Positions 52,871 through 64,000 of a stretch of 64,000 nt of DNA are shown here, piece after piece. Below the pieces are notes generated by a model that worked only from the letters and a program-made list of their open reading frames with translations, did not search any database and had not been told where the DNA came from. The position numbers and the translations under genes are program-made. The DNA comes from Octopus vulgaris (taxonomy: Eukaryota): contig OX597826.1 of the NCBI GenBank assembly GCA_951406725.2, positions 5,270,001 through 5,334,000 on the forward strand, written 5' to 3'. Every line of letters begins with the position of its first letter. Within the stretch, counting starts at the first letter, position 1.

Positions 52871-53384
52871 AATACCAATTAATAATTAATGGTACTAGGA
52901 AGTACCCTTAATTATAGTTAATAATTGAAGGTACTAGCAAATACCCTTCATTATGAATTGATATTGCATACCGTGATAGGTTTTTTCATGCATGCTGAAC
53001 CACTGATATTATTATAAAAAATTTCCTCATATATATTTATATATTTAAATATACATGTTTGTGTTGGCGTTTGCCCATGTGCACATGTCCATATATGGGT
53101 GCGTACATGCACGTACATATATATATATCTTATACGGGGACATTACATACGTACAACTTAGAAGCAAGAGGCAAATAAACAAACGTTCTTTCTCTCTCTC
53201 TCTCTCTCTCTCTCACTCTCTCTGTTTTTTTAACGTCAACCGCACAAACATTTGACCCGACAATGCAAATAAATCTGAGAGCGAATAATATAGTCACTAG
53301 ACAAATTAAGATATTTCTTAAACTGAGCAGCTATCATAAAAAAAAACTAATAAAAAAAAACAGCAAAAAAAATTTGACGAATGC

Positions 53385-53517
53385 AACGAACAAGAACAAT
53401 AGCAACAATTACAACAACAATAATAATAATAATAATAATAATCATAACAATAAAAACAATAATAACAATAATAATAATAAGTAGCAGCAGTAGCAGTAGC
53501 AGTAGTTGTAATAGCCT

Positions 53518-53556
<39 letters not shown>

Positions 53557-53613
53557 AACAACAACAACAATAATAATAACACAAGAGTAACCACAGCGAT
53601 AACAATAGTATAG

Positions 53614-53664
<51 letters not shown>

Positions 53665-53775
53665 AACAACAACACCAATAACAGCAACAAGAACAACAAC
53701 AATAATAATAATAGTAATAATGTTGATAATAATAAGTGCTATAATAATACTAAAAAAGAATAGTAACAACAAGTA
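53385..53775. repeat. (AAT)n/(AAC)n/(AGT)n compound repeat
   Basis: Read directly. Confidence 0.95.
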
Positions 53776-54464
53776 GCATGACGGAAAAAGAGAAAAAAAA
53801 ATAATAATGAATGATGAGAGGAGAAACAATTGCAGCCGGCCCAGTTGCAAGTCTATGATGGCAGCATTAGGAATGAGAAATGTTGACAGGTTCGACATAA
53901 AAGCTAGCATATAAATCTAAAGTGAATTCCACACACAATTAAGCCGTTCTGGATGAAAGACTTACAAAGTCGACATCAGCACTGCTGTCATGGCAATAGG
54001 CACTTAAGGAAAGAGTAACAGAGAGAAAGAGAGAGGGAGAGTGAGAGAGAGAGAGTGAGAGAGAGAGAGTGAGAGAGAGAGATGTATGGTGGAATTGAGA
54101 AAATAGAGAAAGAAAGAGGGGGAATGAAAGAGAGAGAGAGTAAGGGAAAAATGAAGTAAAGACAGAGAGGGAGAAAGAGGAAATTGAATGAATGACTGTG
54201 AATTGGAGATTTGAGAGACAGACGTAAAGTGAGAGAGAGAAGTAGTTGCTGGGAGGGAGGGAGGGAGGTAAGGGGAGGTAATTGAAAGGCAGGCAAAAGG
54301 AGAAACGTCAAGAATAGTGTTGCCGTCGTCGTGGCCGTCGTCATTGTTTGGTAAAGCATCAGGCGTGTTTTTTGTTTTTCTGTTTTTCGTCACCATTTCT
54401 GTCACCTTCATTATATCTTCAGGGTCATCGTCATCTTTGACATCGGCTACACCGACGTCATTTA

Positions 54465-55330
54465 TGTCCTCCTCCTCGTCCTCGTCGTCATCCCCTTCCT
54501 CCTCTTCCTCCTCGTCGTCGTCGTCCTCCTCCTCATCGTCTTCTCCTCCTCTTCCTCCACGTCGTCCTCGTCCTCCTCCACGTCCTTCTCCCCCTCGCCC
54601 TCCCCGTCATCCTCCTCTACGTCCTCCTCCACATCCTCCTCCTCGTCCTCGTCCTCCTCCTGGTCCTCCTCGTCATCATCGTCGCTCCTCCTCCTCCTCC
54701 TCCTCTCCTCCATGTTTCCCTCCTCCACGTCCTTCTCCTCCACGTCCTCCTCCTCCAAGTCCTCTTCCACGGCCTCCTCCTCCACGTCCTTCTCCTCCAC
54801 GTCCTCTTCCACGGCCTCCTCCTCCACATCGTCCTCCTCCTCTTCCTCCTCCATGTCTTCCTCCTCGTCCTCCTCCTCGTTCTCCTCCACATCCCCCTCC
54901 TCATCGTCCTCCTCCTCCCCCTGGTCCTCCTCGTCGTCATCGTTACTGTCCTCCTCCTCCACGCCGTCCTCCTCATCGTCCTCCTCCCCGTCCTCCTCCC
55001 CGTCCTCCTCCAGGCCCTTCTCCGCCTTGTCCTCCTCCTCCTCATCATCATCATCATTATCATCATCATTATCATTACCACCATCGTTGTCGTCGACACG
55101 ATCATTATTCTGATTATGGTACTCCTGCTTCTCCGTCTCAGCACCACCACCATCACCACAACCACCACTACCATCAACACCATCACCACCAACATCATCA
55201 TCATCACCAACATCATCATCAAAATCATCATCGCAATCATCGTCATCCACGTTCCCACCAAGATCACCATTCGATGATCCTCCTCCCCATCATCATCATC
55301 AACCTCATCATCATCAACAACAACAACAAC
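54465..55330. repeat. Pyrimidine-rich (TCC)n/(TCG)n/(CAT)n low-complexity tract
   Basis: Open in several frames on both strands, as expected for stop-poor triplet repeats. Confidence 0.9.
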
Positions 55331-55743
55331 AGCCTCGGATAATAAATTATGATGACAAAAACGATTATGTTCGCAATGAAAGTAGCGACGAACACCGATA
55401 CGAAGAAAGGGAGATAATACCTGAGATGGAAAACTTGGGATCTGGAGTTATCCCATTATTAATGAAAGCAAAACACTTCAAAAGTTACGATGTTGCATCA
55501 CCACAATTTGTATTTTCATAAGTTTATCTTCTTACCAAATACGCAAATATTATCGATAATGGCATAAAATAGGGAAATATTATTCATGTGGCTGTGTGGT
55601 AAGAATCTTGCTTCCCAACAACATGGTTCTGGGTTCAGTTCCACTGTGTGGCACCTTGTGCAAGTATGTTCTACTATAGCCTCGTGCCAGCCAAAGCCTT
55701 GTGAGTAGATTTGGTAGACGGAAACTGAAAGAAGCCCGACGTT

Positions 55744-55779
<36 letters not shown>

Positions 55780-55794
55780 CATATATATATATAC

Positions 55795-55872
<78 letters not shown>

Positions 55873-56000
55873 GTGTATGTATGTATGTATGTATGTATGT
55901 ATGTATGTATGTATGTATGTATGTTCCTTCTTTCCTGAGCGTCCAATAATACTATATTTGTTCCACGTCCTCGCGTTGTTGTGTTTTCATGTTTGGATTA

Positions 56001-56066
<66 letters not shown>

Positions 56067-56627
56067 AACATCTAGCGTCTTACTAAGTTGAGAATAAAAT
56101 TCTAATGCGGTTTCGAGAATGGGCTGTTAGTCGATACCAACGACTCCCGTACTTGATCTGCATCTTTCATATTTCAGACGAAAATTGCATTTCATTCTTT
56201 AAGGGCCAATACATTAAGGTACCAAATCGATTAAGAACAACAACAACAATAGTTTCTGGTATAGTCACATGGCTTGAAATTTGAGGAAAAAGATTAGTCG
56301 AAGGCACAGTTATATAAAAGGCTTTGGTCGGCCTGAGGCTATTGTAGACCACAATTGTCTAAAGGTGCCATGCTGTGGGACCGAAAAGTTACCTCACCAC
56401 CACACCAGCGAATATATATAAATATGTATATATGCGGAAGTGTGGCTGTGTGGTAAGAAGCTTGCTTTCCAACCACATGGTGCCGGATTCAGTCCTACTG
56501 CGCGGCACCTTGGGCAAAAGTCTTCTAATATAGTCTCGAGTCGACCAAAGCCTTATAAGTGGATTTGGTAGACTGAAGCTGAAAGACGCCCGTCGTATAT
56601 ACACTAACACATACATTATGTTATATA

Positions 56628-57883
56628 CAGAGTGCGTAAGATATTTGAGGGTATATTTTGGGGGTAATTGCTGCATTTTTGGCTAACACTGTATAAAATG
56701 TGTTTCAGAAAATAATAATGGCAGACACTCAGCTTACTCAAGAAATGAAGAGGTATGCTATTATTATGGTTATAAAGGCTGAGTATAGCGATTTAGATAT
56801 ATCTCACTTTTTAAAAGTTGTCAGAACTTTTGTCTACAAAGTTTATAAGGAGCTAGAAACTGAAGATGGAAGCTTATCACCAGTATCAAAGAATAAAAGA
56901 ACATTCTAAACAGTCTGAAATCATCGGAACACTAGAATTTATCCAGCAAGTTCAACAGGCCAATGGTCTGCTGAACTGTTGAACTTGCTGGATAATTAGT
57001 CAATCCCAGAAAGTCCGTGGGGTCAATTGTAAAGGATCTCTATGTGTCAGAAGCAACAATCAGAAATGTTGTTCACGAAGATGTCAAATATAATTCTTAT
57101 ATGATGAGGAAAAGTAAATTTGTCAGGAAAAGCAAAAGAAAATCACAAAATCAGATCTAAAAGGCTCTTAAACAAACTGAAAAATTCTGCAGAAGATTTG
57201 ATTTGGTTCTTCTCAGACGAGGAAAACTTTGACCAAGATCAAAATGTTAAAAGAAGAAATGATAGATGGCTATGTGCAGGCCCTTCTGAAGTTCCAAGAG
57301 TTATGCATACAAAATTTCCTGCAACAGTGATCGTTTTAGGGGTTATCAGCCATGAATGACATGTGAAGGCTCCTGTCTTCTTTCCACAACTCTACCACCT
57401 ACATTGAGGTCCCGGAAATAATTTGTTACGCCCTGAATATCTGTGTATCAGGCCATATATGTTTCAGTAAGACTGCACTATCATCCATGACTCTCATAAC
57501 ACAGGGATGGATGTTTAAAAATTTTCATAGCCTCTAATATTTGGCTTCCTAATTCCCCCGATCTCAATCCATTGGACTATTACATGTGGAGCATTGTTGA
57601 GAGGGAGGTCAATGAACACGGCCTTTACACCAAAGGTTCTTTAAAAGCTACCATAATCAGAGTAACGTCCCAAATGAATGAGGGCCACTTGATTTAAGCA
57701 TGTAGATTATTTAAATCTCATATAGAAGCAGTTGTTGAAGCTGCAAGTGGCTTTACTGATTAACATTGTAGAAAAGAAGGTTTATTTTTTATCCTCATAG
57801 CATATTTTGATAAATAAACTTATTATCTGTTATTATTATTATTTTTTTATAAACATAAATCTGTCCTCAAATATCTTACGCAC

Positions 57884-57887
<4 letters not shown>
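56628..57887 (+). mobile_element. Near full-length degenerate Tc1/mariner transposon, probably DD37D (maT)
   Basis: TIR core gtgcgtaagatatttgagg at 56632-56650 and inverted at 57865-57883, TA flanks; transposase relic with WFFSDE, FQ*D and WLPNSPDLNPLDYYMWSIVE. Exact D-D spacing is obscured by indels. Confidence 0.88.
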
Positions 57888-57947
<60 letters not shown>

Positions 57948-58239
57948 TATATGTACACATATATGTATGTATATATATATATGTGTGTATGTCTTTGTGT
58001 TTGTACCACCATCACCCTTGACAACCCTTGTCGGTGTGTTTACGCTCCCGTAACTGAGCCGCAAAAATCAGTACTGGGCGTCAAAAATTACGCCCTGGGA
58101 TCGATTTGTTCGATTAAAACTCTTCAAGGGAGGGCTCCAGCGTGCCTGCACTCAAATGATTGAAATAAGTAAAACAATAAGAGAATTTATACATACTTTT
58201 ATATATATAATATAAATACCCAGTTGTGTATGCATGTGT

Positions 58240-58720
58240 AAGTAGTGTATTCAAACGTCGATTTTTTCGAAGTGAGTATGAGACAGGGAACTATACACGC
58301 ACCCACTTGCACAGTCCCAGACACAGCACACATTCTATACACCGTACCGTGCGCACAACGACCTGAAAATATTTTATTAAAATAGAGCCGTGAACATGTG
58401 ATATATTGTAAACTTTTCAATAGTTTGTTAAGCGCCATAATATCAGACATTTCCTACGACGTTCTAAACTATGAACAGCAATCTATATTTAAGCTTCAGT
58501 ACATTCGTTTGTTTCATCAATTATCTTGCTTTTAGAATTTCTGTTGTCTGTAGGTTTCGCTTAATCAACACTATGCAAAAGTCTGCGAGCACTTCTGTTG
58601 CATATCTTCCTGCAACAATTGAAATTGATGAGGTGCTCGCTTGTTTCACTTCTTGGCATTTCTTCAAGCAAACGAGACACTCTTTATGTAGTCGCTCGGA
58701 CTGTTGATTAGACAAACTAG
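58240..58720 (-). mobile_element. Possible old Tx1-like ORF2 relic
   Basis: LHKECLVCLKK..IVAGRYATEVL resembles WHRECRVALKQ..LVEGRYDDEL of the element at 201-1091; heavily decayed. Confidence 0.4.
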
Positions 58721-59147
58721 TGTCCCGTATACAAAAGACAAGGTGGTCATAGTAGGAGAGTCTTTGGTCAGGGGTTTTGCTTGTTCAAGGCTGATGAGCG
58801 GCTAATCACAAACATAATTTACAGTACTCTAAACTTTCTTTGCATGAAACAACTTTCAAGAGAAAATCATACAAGTAAACCATTTGAGTAAAACATTTTT
58901 GCTCTTTAAATTTTCATAAAAACGTCTCAGAACACTAAAATATCAGGATTTATTAAGAATCTAGAAGATCGATTTCTGGAATATTTTTGCTAAAATTGTA
59001 GTGCTTTCATTCGGTTAGTTTAAATGAAATAATTTCACACCCAGTACTAACCAATCTGGATTCACAGTACCGGTTATTCTATTCATCCTTTCGATCTTTG
59101 AATACAAAACATGGCTCGCGAATCCTCTGTTCGGGTAGTGTCCTGAG

Positions 59148-59378
59148 ATTTCTTTACTATCCACAAGGGGCTAAACACAGAGGGGACGAACAAGGACAGA
59201 CAAACGGATTAAGTCGATCATATCGACCCCAGTGCGTAACTGGTACTTATTTAATCGACCCCGAAAGGATGAAAGGCAAAGTCGACCTCGGCGGAACTTG
59301 AACTCAGAACGTAGCGCCAGACGAAATACTACTAAGCATTTCGCCCGGCGTGGTAACGTTTCTGCCAGGTCGCCGCTT
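59148..59378 (-). mobile_element. Solo full-length SINE family A (Tx1-like tail)
   Basis: Complete head-core-tail; possible short TSD tgagat. Confidence 0.9.
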
Positions 59379-62117
59379 TGAGATACCGTCTCACACTTGG
59401 ACGTCAATCCGTCAAATGGTTATCAATTTACAGCTGAGTGATAAAATGCAACCCACCACAACCATTTGCATGTTCGGTTATCGGCGACTAAACCGGTAAT
59501 CCCGCGAAGATTGATTGATGAGGAGGAAAATGTATTTGGACATCCTGCGAGACGGAAGGTAAAACTTGTCAAAGGGTGGAGAAACTCAACAGAGTCAACA
59601 GCTCAATAATGTGTAAGGGCACGTGGTCTAATGGCGAAGGTAGTCAACGTGTTGTACTCATAATAGCAAGATCGAGGTTTCGATTTCTTGACCAGCTCTA
59701 CGTTGTATTCTTGAAGAAAAACATTTCCGTGTGTTTTCGACCAACTGAATGGCCTATTTGAAGAGGTGTAGCTAATGACGTTTCCGAGGTCAGCAGTTAC
59801 GGACATAAAAGCTGTTTTGAAATTTGATTCTGGTTTAAAACCTGCGGGCTAAACAAATATTAAAATCTGAAATATTTCTGCTCTTGTTGGTTACAACAAG
59901 TTTTGGTCAGTAATCAGGCACTGCTGTATATCAGAGGTTACTGTAAGAGATCTTCACTTATTCTGAGGAATATCTTTGTAATTATACTGAAAAATTTAAA
60001 TATGTGTTAAATAAGAGTAAAAATGTATTATTCAAATATACAAATACTACAATGTAAAAATATTTTGCTGATACACGTATGAACTGTGACTCAAAGCGAA
60101 TAACTACATTATCTAATGATCTCTTCTTTTCTGTCCAGAGCAGCATTTAAAATTCGTTTAAAGTTCTTAAGTTTCATTTAAAGAAGACAGTCGTGTGTTG
60201 AAGGTGAAAAATGACCGGTGTGTGGTGTAACTCACAAATATACAAGTATGTTAAAATTTAAGTAAGTATTCGTCATTAATGTTCGAAATAAAGAAAGCAG
60301 AATTACTTGGATTCTGGGCTACCTAACATCCCACCACAAAAAAAAAATAAAATAAAACGATAGAATGTAAATTATAAAGGCAGTATCTATTACATGCCGC
60401 CTGGTAAGCAACTGGAATCCAAGATGAGCGAGATAGATGTAAGGATGAAAGAGAAAAGTGAGCAAGAGGGATTCAAATCAAAAATATTCCAAGAATTTTC
60501 AGAAGCAAGCGAAGGACAAAAGAAAAAGAAATCTCTCTTCGAAGACCAAGTAAGAATTATCGGGAAATATAAACAAGAAACGAAACAATTTGTTAATTGA
60601 CTGGGCCATACCGCATTTAACTTACTAATACCAGCAAAAGCAAGTACATTCCTGAGGATAAGTAGGCATTATTATGCATACGTATCTTAGATTTACTGTT
60701 CGTATTTTCCATACCTCTTATTTTTCGACATCGCTGTATTTGTTTCTACTCTATCGCTTTCATCCTTCCTTCCTTCCTTCCTTCCTTCCTTCTTTCCTTC
60801 TTTCCTTCCTTCCTTCCAGTTATAATATTCCGTCTTCTATGGCCGAGGTGTTTATTTTCCACAACGGCTAACATTTCGTATATTACCAATACTTTTCATG
60901 TATTTTTCATTCCAAGATTTTTCACAATAAATGTGGAGATAAACTGCATGGGGAAATCACTCATTTTTACCATTTAAAAGCTATGCACATCAACGGAAAC
61001 GGAAATGGTTTATGTTTTCAATATATCAATCTGTAATGGTGGGAATGAATTATGGAATGACTATTGTCACTGCAACCCGAAACTATTAGTAACCACGGTG
61101 GAGAATCTTTGCTTTCTATAACGTCCTATATTACATACACGCATACCTGTATATTACAAACACATACACATATGTGTGTGTATGAATATATGTATATACG
61201 TATGTAAGTATATGTATATACGCATAACTATGTTCATATATATTTCAACATATATTCACACATAATCACACACTCGGATAGATATATTTATATGCATAAA
61301 ATATGTATATTGATACGCGTGCATAAACAGATGCACATACATGCACTGACATACGTGTATGTATATATATTTATGCATATGCATATGTATATATGTACAC
61401 ATACTCAGGCGCACAGATACAAACACACATATACACATGTACCTATATATGCATATATACAAACTAAACCCTTCGATTTCACCATCAATATTTCCCTACA
61501 CACATCTATAAAATTTGCTTAAACAATTCCTATTATTGAGAAAATAGCCCTAGAGTTACGGACTCGAAAAAGAGATTGATACGTATATATGATGAACAAA
61601 ATACAATAAACAGCGCACAGCATATTAGAGCACACAGAAATAAAAAAAATAAATAAAAGTATTTGATCAATATTAAGGCTGACCGATTTGAGGTAGTTTT
61701 TACGTTATCTTATCTTCCCGATATCTCATTTCGATTTAGACTCTCTATATTCATGAGTATTTGTGATACTAAAAACAAAATTTTAAAAATATTATATATA
61801 AAAATTATATCTAAAAAAATATAGTACTATATGTATATAATTGAACAAATATGGATTCATATAAGTACGCGTATAGTCAGATATGTATATGCACATACGT
61901 ATATAGACGCTCACGAAAGTAATTACATATCTGTATTATGGGAGCAAAAATGAAGAGGAGAGAGAGAAAGAGAGACAGAGAGGAGAGGAGAGTCAGTGAG
62001 GGAAAGTGAGAGAGAATGAAGGAAAGAAAGGGAAAAAGAGGGGGATAGAGAAATAGTGAATAAGAAAGAAAGAAATCCATGCAGTCACACACACACATAC
62101 ACACACATGTATGTATG

Positions 62118-62191
<74 letters not shown>

Positions 62192-62214
62192 GCCTACGTG
62201 TATATACATATATA

Positions 62215-62364
<150 letters not shown>

Positions 62365-62394
62365 CATGTATATATATGTGTGTGTGTATGTGCA

Positions 62395-62440
<46 letters not shown>

Positions 62441-63339
62441 TATATACATGATAGATACATGCATACATATATGCATACATACGTACACCCACACATACAT
62501 AATACATAAAAACATACATACATACATACATACATATACACATACATATAATTCACTAGCAAAAATTGTGTTCGCGAATAGAGTAATATGAAGGCACTAT
62601 AACTGCCTTCGCATTGTTCACAAAGCGTAGAATTATTTTATCTAGTGTGTATTTAAGCATCTTCCTTTTATTATTTTCGATTTTTTTTTCACTTCAAGAG
62701 GTTCTTGCCCTTTTTATTCATATTCTATTTTATTCACATGAATGTACTTATTTAATATTTTTTGTTTCTTTATGTATATTTCATTGAGTTCTACTGATGA
62801 AATATACAAAATAACAAGTGCCAGATCTGGTCAGAGTAATTTAAGGAGATATAATATGTGCCTATTTGGTTCCTGCCACTTTCTTCACGATATTAATATG
62901 TAAGGTAAAGCAGGAACCCATGAATATCTCTGTGTTATTTTCTTTTACGCGTTGCTATATTTGATAGCCAATTGTGGATATAACCATATGAAAAGAAAAA
63001 AAATTCTTATATTGTTTTGTCTTTCCTTTCTTCTTGTCGAAAATCTTTCAAACTGTTTCGTTTAAACGAATGTGTTAATATGTTGTATACCATTCCGTTG
63101 AAGATGTATATATGCATACACATACGTACATATATATTTGTACATACATAAAGATTTTATACATACATGCATACATACACAAACACACACACACAAAAGC
63201 ACAGAGACACACACAAACACATATACGCACACGCGAGCACACACATTCATATACGTATACGTAAAGTGAAAGAAATAGATACGCAGTTAGAATGTTACAT
63301 ATACACAGGCACACACAGACACACACACATACACACGCA

Positions 63340-63401
<62 letters not shown>

Positions 63402-63781
63402 CAGAAACATAGATAGATAGATAGATAGACTGACACTTAGGCAGCCAGAGAAGTAGATAGATATAGAGACATGCAGACAGACAAACTGGTAAAGAAGGGG
63501 ATAGATATATAGGTAGATAGAAAGATAGATAGATAGATATATGGATAGATAGTTGAAATATTGCTTTGTTGCAGATCTTAAAATCTTGTAACGAGTTAAA
63601 CTATTTTCCAGTGATGTTCCCCAAGAATGATGGCAGTTAACCTTCTGTGGAAATTTTTTTGTAACGTTGAAGTGAGTTGCTACGGATGGCCATGGTACCA
63701 CATTCTTCGAAACTACGCAACATTTCCATGATACAGTCATATTTTTCTATCTCCGCCTCACCGTATCTCCTTTCTCTATGA

Positions 63782-63837
<56 letters not shown>

Positions 63838-63941
63838 TTATCTACTTATCTATCAATCTATCTCTATAGATAGATATATACACACCTATATTTGTATACA
63901 TACGCATGTATGTATGTATTCTCCGTTTATTATTATTATTA

Positions 63942-64000
<59 letters not shown>

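Noticed and set aside
54317-55342. 341-aa Pro/His-rich ORF and overlapping 262-aa acidic and 217-aa Arg-rich ORFs
   Set aside because: Open in several frames on both strands because the triplet repeats lack stops; no non-repetitive domain.

Overview
AT-rich eukaryotic DNA dense in microsatellites and made almost entirely of transposable-element debris. The repeat repertoire looks like an octopus (coleoid cephalopod) intron or intergenic region; this is inferred from the repeat families, not verified. No host protein-coding gene can be called with confidence: there is one candidate exon at 29648-29809, and most ORFs in the track are microsatellite artefacts. Recognisable elements: a 5'-truncated Tx1/L1-type LINE inside (TATC)n; several R4/Dong-type LINE pieces, often next to (TAA)n; two Penelope-like (GIY-YIG) fragments lying tail-to-tail; several minimal hammerhead-ribozyme-like motifs; four non-autonomous Helitron copies or ends; a DD41D and a probable DD37D Tc1/mariner relic; and at least four tRNA-derived SINE families. 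The most striking structure is a SINE whose last ~45 nt match the 3' end of the Tx1 LINE in this window. It forms nested head-to-tail arrays with junctions at exactly two positions in its own head, and each position is tied to one tail variant, which suggests a Tx1-driven, self-targeting SINE system. A second notable structure is a tRNA-headed, hammerhead-bearing Penelope terminal repeat that also occurs on its own.
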